Source of the DNA: Chitinophagaceae bacterium
GTDB taxonomy: Bacteria > Bacteroidota > Bacteroidia > Chitinophagales > Chitinophagaceae
NCBI GenBank assembly: GCA_039935335.1
Contig: JBDTKK010000099.1
Coordinates: forward strand, 659-64,658
DNA: 64,000 nt
Direction: 5' to 3'
Below are positions 18,165 to 26,932 of this stretch, piece after piece. Positions within the stretch are counted from its first letter, which is position 1, and every line of letters starts with the position of its first letter. A model generated the notes under the pieces. The model ran no database searches. It was not told the origin of the DNA and worked only from the letters and a program-made list of their open reading frames with translations. The position numbers and the translations under genes are program-made.

Positions 18165-19065
18165 AAAAAAGGATAAAAAAGTTTGCCTACTCTAGTCGCT
18201 TTTCGGCTTCCGCGCCCGTACTCTGAATTAGGATTTTCCGGGTTGCTCCATAGTAGATAGTTGGTGTTGCAGGATGGCTAGGAAATACCGCCTTTGTGAT
18301 TCCTAAAGTATAGTATTGCTATAGTAAAATCAAGTGATTGCTTGTGGCAGATTTTATAATTTCGATTAATGGGAAATGCTCATATTGATGTTCAATTAAT
18401 TAGAGCTTTTAGGTGTACAAAACATTAACAAAAAGTTTTTCAAAGACCTATAATTCGCTCCTATACGGCCTTACAGAGCTTGTGCGAAACGGCCATCGAA
18501 TGCGGATTGGGGAAGAAATAAGTCTATATCCCAAGATGCCGATAAGTCATTTTCAAGTATTCTCTAAAGACAGCCTAGCATTGCTTTTCGAAAATGTATA
18601 AGGCTTAAAATTTGGCGCAGGATATCTTATTTTAGGAAGCTTGGAACGGAGGCGCTTCATCATCTGTAATGCGCTGACAATTGTTCAAAAAGCCCAATCA
18701 ACTGAAGGATAATTTAGAGGCTACTATCAGGTATCTGTTTTGGCATTTCCCATGCTTCGTAAGCAAATTTCACAGTTCACCTGTTGGAACCTTCCATCAG
18801 CAAAAAGAACGAACATCTTATCGACTAAATTCCCACAAGCATGGCAGGTAAGCCTGCGTGCAGCCTGGATGTGGGAGGATTTAGGAAGCGGTATTTTGCC
18901 TCCTAATTTTGAAATTCTTGTTTCAGGAAAAATTTTGAAATTAGATTTTAAGAAAAAAAAACTAAAAGTTAGGCGTATGACAGGCAGCACATTATCTTTC
19001 TCGGAACAGGGTTAAATTTCCCAATCAAATGCGCTACATTCAACCTTCATAAAAATCAACTCCTC

Positions 19066-20016
19066 ATGGCCCGTATCAACTTTCCAGACAACTTTGCTGC
19101 ACAGCAAACCCTCCTTACCAACCTCCACGCCAAACACACTGCGGACGGTACTTCCAGCGACCTACTGCCCTACTTTGCGCAGCAAAACCTAAACATAGCA
19201 GCCGATGTAGCAGCCGGCGAACAGGCAGCAATCCATGAGACCGCTCGAGGGCTATTTAGCAGAAATGCTGAAAACTTCAGAGAGCTTCGCGACAACCGTT
19301 TTAAGCCTGTATTTGCCCGCTTCAAAGGCTTGGTGCAATTCCTCAAAAGCCTGAACAAAGGCAACGAAAGAGCACTTGCCGAATGGGGTATTACGGTTGA
19401 TAATCAATCCAAAATTGTATATCCTACAGACTTTGATACACAAGCCGCGCTCTACACCACTTTTGCCGAAAAGCATTCCAGCTTTGACCCCATCAGCGCA
19501 CCGCTCAATCCGTACATCGGCAAACAAATCATCTCTATGGACGCAGACCATACTGCCGTCACCAATGCCACCACGAGCAATGCCAGCATGAAGGCTGCGG
19601 CCAATAATTCTGAATCAGAAAAAGTATTGCGCGATAATCTTTGGCAGCCGGTGGTGGCGCACCTGCGCGGTTCTATTGATTATCTTAAAAAATTGAATAG
19701 CGATAACCCGAAAGCCCTCGGCGCCTGGGGCATTACGGCGGATGACTCGCCACGGCAGCCGCGGGTGCGGACTACGAGCCTGATAATTGGGGAAACGATT
19801 ACGATAAGTGGAGCTATTATTGGCGGTACTTTTACTAATCTTGGCGCGAGCGATTTACATCTTTATAAAGGAAAGACTACTACTGGGACGCCGGAGATAG
19901 TACATGCTGGGGAGCAGTTTGGGATTTTGAAGGGATGGAGTATTCTTACTGTGGTTAATGTTTCTGTGTTGGTTGCGGGGAAATTTAGTTTGCTGGTAAG
20001 CAACACTGCGATTTAG
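19066..20016 (+). CDS. Hypothetical 316-aa protein with an internal ~41-aa duplication, no signal peptide
   Basis: ELRDNRFKPVFARFKGLVQFLKSLNKGNERALAEWGITVDN (aa 73-113) matches VLRDNLWQPVVAHLRGSIDYLKKLNSDNPKALGAWGITADD (aa 187-227). No known family recognised. Confidence 0.6.
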   Translation: MARINFPDNFAAQQTLLTNLHAKHTADGTSSDLLPYFAQQNLNIAADVAAGEQAAIHETARGLFSRNAENFRELRDNRFKPVFARFKGLVQFLKSLNKGNERALAEWGITVDNQSKIVYPTDFDTQAALYTTFAEKHSSFDPISAPLNPYIGKQIISMDADHTAVTNATTSNASMKAAANNSESEKVLRDNLWQPVVAHLRGSIDYLKKLNSDNPKALGAWGITADDSPRQPRVRTTSLIIGETITISGAIIGGTFTNLGASDLHLYKGKTTTGTPEIVHAGEQFGILKGWSILTVVNVSVLVAGKFSLLVSNTAI

Positions 20017-20027
20017 GAGGCTAAAAA

Positions 20028-20237
20028 GATGTACGGAAGGCGGCGAAAGATGTACGGAATAATGAAAATAATGTGCGGAATAATGAAAATAATGTGCGGA
20101 ATAATAAAAATAATGTGCGGAATTTACCAAATAATGTACGGAATAGTGTAAATAATGTGCGGAATAATAGAAATAATGTGCGGAATTATGAAAATAATGT
20201 GTGGAATAATTGAATAAATGCAGAGAATTCCAACGAT
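20028..20237. repeat. Tandem array of ~9-10 copies of a 21-bp unit (consensus AATGTGCGGAATAATGAAAAT)
   Basis: Units start at 20028, 20049, 20070, 20091, 20112, 20133, 20154, 20175, 20196 and 20217 (the last is degenerate). The ATGTRCGGAAT core is conserved and the spacer half is variable. Confidence 0.9.
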
Positions 20238-20336
20238 TATTGGCGTATTAGCCCCAGACAGGCACAAGGTCTTCGCCTTCTCGGCTTGTTTGGGGCAGCG
20301 GAGCGTTAGTTATAAATTTAAACAACATATTATTGA

Positions 20337-20957
20337 ATGAAGCTTATATTAACACTCGTGCTGGCCGTAATCGTTGGAACAAGTTCCTATGGACAAGTTA
20401 TAACTTATAACAACTTTAAAGCTGTTATTCCCTTTTTACAGAAAGAAGATTTCAAAGAAGCTTTCAACATGACTAGCGAACTGTTAACTTCAACCCAAAA
20501 CGACACTTCTGATTTACGAGGAATAGTTACTTATATGAATATTTTTTCGGCAGCAGGTATGTTGACACTTGACCAAATGACTTATGATGACTTTACTAAA
20601 AATGCAAACAAGTATATTGGACACTATATTGTTATGTCTGCACATCCTTGTATTGACAGTTCGTCTCACGGTTATAATTCATTACAGTTTTTTACACATA
20701 GCAGCGGAAAATTACACGGGATGACAATAACGACGAATCACGCGAAGACAAACATTCTTTGTTTTGAATACTTTGACTATTCCGATCCAATTAACTCTTC
20801 AGATTTTATCGAAAAAAATGTCAGATGTGGCGGAATATTGCAGACCGTGGAAACGAATCCCAATAAATCGAAAATTTGGATAGCAAGACTTCGTATTGTA
20901 GATGCCTTTGCAAGAATTATGACCCCGTTGCCTATAGGCTCTTCACATCGGCGTTAA
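20337..20957 (+). CDS. Hypothetical secreted protein
   Basis: Signal peptide MKLILTLVLAVIVGTSSYGQ. A+T-rich, no recognisable family. Confidence 0.55.
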   Translation: MKLILTLVLAVIVGTSSYGQVITYNNFKAVIPFLQKEDFKEAFNMTSELLTSTQNDTSDLRGIVTYMNIFSAAGMLTLDQMTYDDFTKNANKYIGHYIVMSAHPCIDSSSHGYNSLQFFTHSSGKLHGMTITTNHAKTNILCFEYFDYSDPINSSDFIEKNVRCGGILQTVETNPNKSKIWIARLRIVDAFARIMTPLPIGSSHRR

Positions 20958-21066
20958 GCGAAGATTCCGGCCTTCGTTTTATTATTTTGCAGGCTTTGGC
21001 TGTCTAGCGTCCAGCTTTTAATAAAAACATTCTTTAAAAACTACCTAACCTTCGCCCCTACGGGCT

Positions 21067-21279
21067 TTACGCATAACGCGCAGCTCTTACATTTTCAACT
21101 TCTTTGGTAATTTCTTCTAAGCTTGGCGGAGCAGCGGCTGCTTTCTTGCGAAGTCGCTCAACTACCTTCAAAAAAGGGTCTGTTGCTATTTTAGAAATAG
21201 AAATCAGCTTCAAATCTGCTAGGCTTTGGAGCAATTTGTCCGCTTTGGGATTGAGTACGTTAACTTGATAAGTCACCAT
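21067..21279 (-). CDS. Small hypothetical protein (70 aa), possibly antitoxin-like
   Basis: An N-terminal beta-alpha segment (VNVLNPKADKLLQSLADLKLISI) plus a C-terminal helix resembles small orphan antitoxin-like proteins of Bacteroidota. No partner gene is seen. Confidence 0.35.
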   Translation of the reverse strand: MVTYQVNVLNPKADKLLQSLADLKLISISKIATDPFLKVVERLRKKAAAAPPSLEEITKEVENVRAARYA

Positions 21280-21354
21280 TGGTCAAATTTAGGGAAAGAA
21301 CCCGGAATGGAGTAGCAGTGTTTCTAATTGCGCCTTCCATCTCGCCCAAAAACT

Positions 21355-21381
21355 AAAAAAGCCATCCGCAAGGCGGACGGC
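21355..21381 (-). terminator. Rho-independent terminator after rplY
   Basis: On the minus strand: GCCGTCCGC-CTT-GCGGATGGC (one mismatch) followed by TTTTTT. Confidence 0.7.
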
Positions 21382-21406
21382 TTTTCAATTTCAAACAGGA
21401 AAGTTC

Positions 21407-21997
21407 TTATTTCTTTACAGCTACTTTTGCTTCTTCGGTAGCTTCTTGCTTCAACTGACGGGTGAGCACAATAGAAGCAATTGGAATACGTGGAGAGTTC
21501 ATCACTTCCATGTTTTCAGCAATCACGTCTGATACGCGCATGTTTTCGTTCAGTTCAAGGTTGGTGATATCCACCTCAATGGCTTCCTTCAAGTACTTAG
21601 GCAACGTGCGCACTTTCAAGGTTTTCATTTTGGTTTCCAGTCGTCCGCCAGCCTTCACACCCGCGGGAGAGCCTGTGTATTTAATAGGCAAACTCGCGGT
21701 TACGCGCTTGCCTTCAACTAACTCCAGGAAGTCGATGTGGGAAAGCTCGTCGGTCACTACGTCAAACTGCTTGTCCTTGAGGATGCAGCGATAAGAAGCA
21801 CCTTCTACCGTGATTTCAGCAAGCTGAAAATCAGGGGTATATACCAATGGGCGGAAAGCCAATGATGGTGCAGAGAAATGGATTTCCTTTTCGCCTCCAT
21901 AGATTACGCAGGGTACTTGTCCGTCAGCTCGGAGATGGCGCGTAGGTGTCTTACCAAATTCGCTTCTGACTTTTCCTTCAATTTTTACGCTCTTCAT
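21407..21997 (-). CDS. rplY: 50S ribosomal protein L25 / general stress protein Ctc
   Basis: N-terminal REFGKTPTRHLRADGQVPCVIYGG pattern. About 196-aa long (Ctc) form. Adjacent to prs, as in many bacteria. Confidence 0.9.
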   Translation of the reverse strand: MKSVKIEGKVRSEFGKTPTRHLRADGQVPCVIYGGEKEIHFSAPSLAFRPLVYTPDFQLAEITVEGASYRCILKDKQFDVVTDELSHIDFLELVEGKRVTASLPIKYTGSPAGVKAGGRLETKMKTLKVRTLPKYLKEAIEVDITNLELNENMRVSDVIAENMEVMNSPRIPIASIVLTRQLKQEATEEAKVAVKK

Positions 21998-22177
21998 TGC
22001 GTGTTTTGTTTTTGTAGCCTTTCAAGGAGCGAGCGGATTATCCGTTCGAACGTTCGTCTTTGAATGGGCCGTGTTTTTGTTATAATTGTTGAAGTGGAAC
22101 CTGACTGGCAGGAAACGGATTTTGTTGTTTAAACAGTCTTGAGTATTTCTAAAAGATACTAAATAATAATGTTGCTC

Positions 22178-23125
22178 TTAATCCTTGTGATTGGAATGAA
22201 TGAACAGGGAGCTAATCGATTTATTTTCAAACGTATTGCGGATGGCGGTGGCAAATAAATCAGCCGTTGGCAAGACTTCTATTTTGCTACTTTGTTGCTT
22301 TAGGGGAATGGTATCGCAAACTACAAGCTTCTCGAGCACGCTATTTTCAATATTCTGATAAGCATTGCCGCTCAAAACGGGATGCGTACAAAAAGCACGA
22401 ACTGATTTTGCACCGCGCTCCATCAGCAAGGCAGCACTTTTGGTAAGGGTTCCGGCAGTATCGCAGATATCATCTATCAATACCACATTATGCCCGGTCA
22501 CTTCACCGATTACCGTCATGGACGCAATCTCGTTGGCGCGTTTCCGCTGCTTATCGCAAATCACCATTTCAGCCCCAAAATAAGCGGCTACTTCACGAAC
22601 ACGGTTGGTAGAACCTACGTCGGGAGAGGCAAACATCAAGTCCTCTATATTCATCTTTTCGATGTAAGGAATAAAGATGGCCGAAGAATCGAGGTGATCC
22701 ACCGGAATATCAAAAAAGCCTTGAATCTGCGGTGCGTGGAGATCCATGGTCATCACGCGGTCGGCACCGGCTTCGGAAAGAATATTGGCAATCAGCTTTG
22801 ACGCGATAGATACCCGGGGCTTGTCTTTCCTGTCCTGTCTGGCAAAACCAAAGTAAGGAATTACAGCAGCGATATATCCTGCTGATGCACGACGAGCGGC
22901 ATCAATCATGAGCAAAAGCTCCATCAAATTATCCGTGGGCGCGTAGGTGCTCTGTACTAAAAAAACATAGTCACCACGAATATTTTCTTCAAAAACTGGC
23001 TGAAATTCGCCGTCGCTAAATTTCTGAATCTTGCAAGCACCGAGCTTCTTGCCAAAAGAAGTTGAAATTTTATTGGCGAGATAGGCAGAACTTGTGCCGG
23101 AAAAGATTTTGACCGTAGGCTGCAT
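22178..23125 (-). CDS. prs: Ribose-phosphate pyrophosphokinase
   Basis: PRPP-binding loop VVLIDDICDTAGT, plus PYFGFARQDRK and DLHAPQIQGFF blocks. Confidence 0.95.
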   Translation of the reverse strand: MQPTVKIFSGTSSAYLANKISTSFGKKLGACKIQKFSDGEFQPVFEENIRGDYVFLVQSTYAPTDNLMELLLMIDAARRASAGYIAAVIPYFGFARQDRKDKPRVSIASKLIANILSEAGADRVMTMDLHAPQIQGFFDIPVDHLDSSAIFIPYIEKMNIEDLMFASPDVGSTNRVREVAAYFGAEMVICDKQRKRANEIASMTVIGEVTGHNVVLIDDICDTAGTLTKSAALLMERGAKSVRAFCTHPVLSGNAYQNIENSVLEKLVVCDTIPLKQQSSKIEVLPTADLFATAIRNTFENKSISSLFIHSNHKD

Positions 23126-23221
23126 AAAGCGTGAAATGAGGCGCGAAAGTATGAATTATGAACTTAGTTTCCCGCAGAAATTTTGTTCTTTCAATCCGAT
23201 AGTATAATTTTCGGAAATTCC

Positions 23222-23608
23222 ATGAACAAAGCACTCAAAGTTTTTAAGGCAATTGATGTTTTCGGGCAGCTTGCTTGTGTACTGCTTCCGCTTTTATTGG
23301 CTCGGTACACGGCGATGTTTACCATAGTACTCGTTTTAGGAAGTTGGCAATTTGCAAGCTTTGTTGTCCATATTCCATTTTGGAGACAACCTTGGATAGC
23401 AAAAGGCAGAAAGATTTATGGTATTCTTCTTTTTCTGGTGATTTGCTTGGCATTCCTTGCTTTGGTGAGTGGCGGAATTCTATTCTTCTTTTTATTTGTT
23501 TTTGCGTGGATAGCTATTGCCATGGGCGGATTCTACCTTATCATTAGTTTTTTAGAATGGCAGAAAATGAAGCGAATTTCAGTTCAAAATATCAAAGCTG
23601 AATTTTAA
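23222..23608 (+). CDS. Small multi-TM membrane protein, paralog 1 of 3
   Basis: Shares K-x-x-K-A-x-D-V/I-x-G-Q...WQ-x-x-SF-x-x-H-x-PF...W-I...YG...FY-L/F-IIS-x-x-EW-x-x-M with the next two ORFs. Confidence 0.6.
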   Translation: MNKALKVFKAIDVFGQLACVLLPLLLARYTAMFTIVLVLGSWQFASFVVHIPFWRQPWIAKGRKIYGILLFLVICLAFLALVSGGILFFFLFVFAWIAIAMGGFYLIISFLEWQKMKRISVQNIKAEF

Positions 23609-23631
23609 TTCAGAAGCATTTAAAAATTTCC

Positions 23632-24063
23632 GTGGATAAAAAGTATAAAATTGCAAAGGCAATAGATATTATCGGGCAAGTAGGTTGCTTTTTGATTCCA
23701 CTTTTCTGGGCGATGATGACTCAGGCAACTTATCAGGGGATTTATCTAGGAATGATGCTCTCCTTATTAACCTTGGGAAAGTGGCAATTTTTCAGTTTTC
23801 TTATTCATTTGCCTTTCATCCGGCAGCCATGGATTTCAAAATTCAGGAAGGTTTACGGCGTTATATTGTTCTTCGTTTTTATTTTCATAATACTCTCTTT
23901 CATTTTCTTTTTTTTAATAATTTCGTTGGCGAGATACGTACTTTACATGGGTATCGGAATGGTGTTGTTCTATTTTATTATTAGCCTGATTGAATGGGCA
24001 GACATGGAAGCAATGACGACACCTACCATTTTGGAGACGACGGATCGGGAAGGGATTTTTTAA
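23632..24063 (+). CDS. Small multi-TM membrane protein, paralog 2 of 3 (GTG start)
   Basis: Same conserved skeleton as paralogs 1 and 3 (AIDIIGQVGC...WQFFSFLIHLPFIRQPWISKFRKVYG...FYFIISLIEWADM). Confidence 0.6.
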   Translation: MDKKYKIAKAIDIIGQVGCFLIPLFWAMMTQATYQGIYLGMMLSLLTLGKWQFFSFLIHLPFIRQPWISKFRKVYGVILFFVFIFIILSFIFFFLIISLARYVLYMGIGMVLFYFIISLIEWADMEAMTTPTILETTDREGIF

Positions 24064-24143
24064 AGTTATAGAAATAACGGGACAAGGAATTTCCTCTTTT
24101 AATCGATGCACTCTATTCTTGAAAAACTATTTCAGTAAATTTC

Positions 24144-24545
24144 GTGAACAAAGCCGCCCAAATTTTTAAAGCTTTTGATGTCTTTGGGCAACTGTTTTGC
24201 ATTTTCGTTCCAATGCTCATCGCGATTTATCAGCGAAGTACCGATGCCTTCTTTTCAATTTTGGTCTATTTAGGTGCTTGGCAATTGTTGAGCTTTTTCT
24301 GTCATTTGCCTTTTCTTAAAATGTCTTGGATTATAATAGAGAGAAGACTTTATGGTGCCTTTTTGGGAAGTATTGCATTGGCAGGATTATTGGTTTCCAT
24401 TTCAAACGATGCTGTGTTTATGTCCTTCTTTGGTGCGGCTCTCGGTATTTTCTACCTTATCATTTCCATTGTAGAATGGGAAAGGATGAAGCTGATAACG
24501 ATGCCGACGATTGCGGAAATGAGGGATGAAGTATCGGCCTTTTGA
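24144..24545 (+). CDS. Small multi-TM membrane protein, paralog 3 of 3 (GTG start)
   Basis: Same skeleton (AFDVFGQLFC...WQLLSFFCHLPF...LYG...FYLIISIVEWERM). Confidence 0.6.
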   Translation: MNKAAQIFKAFDVFGQLFCIFVPMLIAIYQRSTDAFFSILVYLGAWQLLSFFCHLPFLKMSWIIIERRLYGAFLGSIALAGLLVSISNDAVFMSFFGAALGIFYLIISIVEWERMKLITMPTIAEMRDEVSAF

Positions 24546-24658
24546 AGAAAATGCTTTGCATACTTCGTTTAAAGAATATTCTCGTGGATTGCGGTAGTAA
24601 AGGATTTCCGTAAATTCAGTCCAAATCCTGCCTTACTTTAGCGGCCAAATTATTGCAC

Positions 24659-25486
24659 ATGGGCTACTCGCTTTTAAAAGGAAAAAAAGGAATCATTTTT
24701 GGCGCTTTGGATGAGCGTTCTATCGCTTGGAAAACTGCCCTTCGCTGTCACGAAGAAGGTGCGGAAATCATCTTGAGTAATGCCCCGATTGCGCTTAGAA
24801 TGGGCAAGATTAAAGAACTCGCTGCACTCTGTGGCAATTGCCCCATCATCGCTGCTGACGCTACTTCCAGCGAAGACCTCGAAATCCTATTGAACGAAGC
24901 CATGAGTCATTTTGGAGGCAAAGTTGACTTCATGTTGCACTCCATAGGCATGAGCCTAAACATGCGTAAAGGCATTCCTTATGTCGAAACGAATTACGAG
25001 AATTTCCACAAAACGATGGACATTTCTGCGCTGTCATTGCATCGACTTTTGCAGATTTCTATGAGGCTCGATGCTATTAACGAATGGGGTTCTGTGGTCG
25101 CACTTTCCTACATTGCAGCACAACGGACTTTCCCCGGATACAATGATATGGCAGATACGAAAGCCTTGTTGGAAAGCATCGCCCGTTCTTTCGGCTATTA
25201 TTATGGTTTCGCCAAAAAAGTACGCGTCAATACCGTTTCGCAATCGCCAACTATGACTACTGCAGGCTCTGGTGTTGGCGGCTTTGATGCCTTCTTTGCT
25301 TATGCAGATAAGATGAGCCCGCTGGGCAATGCCAGTTCAGAAGATTGTGCCAAATACACGACCCTACTCTTTAGCGATATGACGCGGATGGTGACGATGC
25401 AAAACCTCTTTCATGATGGTGGATTTTCCTTTACCGGTGTCTCTGTTCCCGTTGTAGAAGAAATGGAAAAGGCCGCACAGCAATAA
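24659..25486 (+). CDS. fabI: Enoyl-[acyl-carrier-protein] reductase (NADH), FabI-type SDR
   Basis: N-terminal LKGKKGIIFGALDERSIAW (FabI-style nucleotide-binding turn), Y...Y/M...K catalytic region (SYIAAQRTFPGYNDMADTKALLE), and a C-terminal HDGGF. Confidence 0.8.
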   Translation: MGYSLLKGKKGIIFGALDERSIAWKTALRCHEEGAEIILSNAPIALRMGKIKELAALCGNCPIIAADATSSEDLEILLNEAMSHFGGKVDFMLHSIGMSLNMRKGIPYVETNYENFHKTMDISALSLHRLLQISMRLDAINEWGSVVALSYIAAQRTFPGYNDMADTKALLESIARSFGYYYGFAKKVRVNTVSQSPTMTTAGSGVGGFDAFFAYADKMSPLGNASSEDCAKYTTLLFSDMTRMVTMQNLFHDGGFSFTGVSVPVVEEMEKAAQQ

Positions 25487-25555
25487 TTAGCACACGCCAA
25501 TCGTTTTGGTGAAAATTGCCGCCCTTCTTTGGTCGGCATGCTTGAATATCAGCCT

Positions 25556-26656
25556 ATGAAAATCCGCTTACTAACGCTTGGCTTTGCGCTTACTTTTATA
25601 CTGCCCAAAACAATGCTGGCGCAGGTTACAGGCGGTCAGCATGTCTTTGAGTTTTTGAATTTGGCGCAGTCGGCACATATCTCTGCACTGGGCGGTGTCA
25701 ACGTCTGCAACCCGATGGAAGATGTGTCTTTGGCCTTGCAAAATCCTGCGCAAATGCGGCCAAGTTTACACAACCAATTGAGCGTTGGTTACAACAGCTA
25801 TTATGCGGGCGTATCGATAGCTAATCTGGCTTACGGCTACTATGCACCAAAGCTGAACACGGCTTTTATTTTGGGCATTCAATACTTGAATTATGGCAGT
25901 TTTCACGGCATGGATGATATCGGAAATCCGACTGTAGATTTCAAGGCCAGCGACTACTTTGTTTCGCTTGGTGCGAGCAAAAAATATGGTGAACGCTGGC
26001 GTTATGGCGCGGCTTTAAAATTGGCGTATTCAAACTATGCAACCGCCACTGCCACCGCTTTGCTGGCGGATGTGGGCATTCTTTACACGGACACGGCAAA
26101 CCTCATCACCTTTGGCGCAACGGCCAAGAACATCGGCTTCATGACGCAGCAATTTGAAGGTTCAGGCAGCGAGCCGCTTCCCTTCGATTTGCAGTTGGGT
26201 ATTTCCAAGCGTTTTGCGCATTTGCCGCTTCGCTTAATGGCCACCGTGCATCATCTCTACGAATGGGATATCCGCTATAATAATCCGGCAGATTTTGTGA
26301 GCAATTCCCTGACGGGCGGCTCTGATTCTTCCAGCCTTACCAAAAAATATTTTGCTGATAAACTATTTCGACATTTCATTTTGGGCGCGGAGCTTTCTTT
26401 GGGTAAAAGATTGACCTTCGGTTTGTCTTACAATCACCTTCATCGTGCGGAGTTGGCCTTGCCCGACAAGAAAGGTCTTGCAGGATTCTCTTTTGGCGCT
26501 TCGCTTAATCTGAACAAATTTCAGGTGCATTATGCGCGGAGTTATTATTCAATTGTTGGGGCGTACAACGAATTTGGCCTCGCGATGAACCTAAATAAAT
26601 TGGGCATGGGCAAAGGAGATAATTTCAATGCGGTTTGGACGGAGAAGGAACTGTAA
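25556..26656 (+). CDS. porQ: PorQ-like type IX secretion system outer-membrane beta-barrel protein
   Basis: Signal peptide followed by GGQHVFEFLNLAQSAHISALGG, which matches my recollection of the PorQ N-terminal signature. Beta-barrel periodicity throughout. Confidence 0.55.
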   Translation: MKIRLLTLGFALTFILPKTMLAQVTGGQHVFEFLNLAQSAHISALGGVNVCNPMEDVSLALQNPAQMRPSLHNQLSVGYNSYYAGVSIANLAYGYYAPKLNTAFILGIQYLNYGSFHGMDDIGNPTVDFKASDYFVSLGASKKYGERWRYGAALKLAYSNYATATATALLADVGILYTDTANLITFGATAKNIGFMTQQFEGSGSEPLPFDLQLGISKRFAHLPLRLMATVHHLYEWDIRYNNPADFVSNSLTGGSDSSSLTKKYFADKLFRHFILGAELSLGKRLTFGLSYNHLHRAELALPDKKGLAGFSFGASLNLNKFQVHYARSYYSIVGAYNEFGLAMNLNKLGMGKGDNFNAVWTEKEL

Positions 26657-26932
26657 GAATGCAAAATTAAAAATGCAAAATTAAAAAGCTCGTGGAATGT
26701 GGGTGAGTTGAGTAGATTTAGGGAATGAGGCTCTAGGATTCTTAATAATTCAGCGATAGAGAAGTACATTCTGCGCTATGCTCAAGTCAAAATTTAGCTG
26801 GTGTGAAGAAGTCCTTCTATTCTTCTAAAAAGGATGCTGGTTTCAAGCAGAAACCTACAATAATTCCCCAAATGACACAGGAGTTTAAACTTCTGCTTTC
26901 AATTTTCAGACTGTTAGTTTTACCTTCAAAGA

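Noticed and set aside
19855-20130. 91-aa minus-strand ORF with SAHYFHY heptad repeats
   Set aside because: It is a repeat-generated frame that overlaps the 3' end of the 316-aa gene on the opposite strand. It has no plausible start context, unlike the plus-strand micro-ORF, which I flagged separately as speculative.
20028-20237. Possible CRISPR array
   Set aside because: The 21-bp units abut directly with no unique spacers. The unit is shorter than CRISPR repeats, and no cas genes are nearby.
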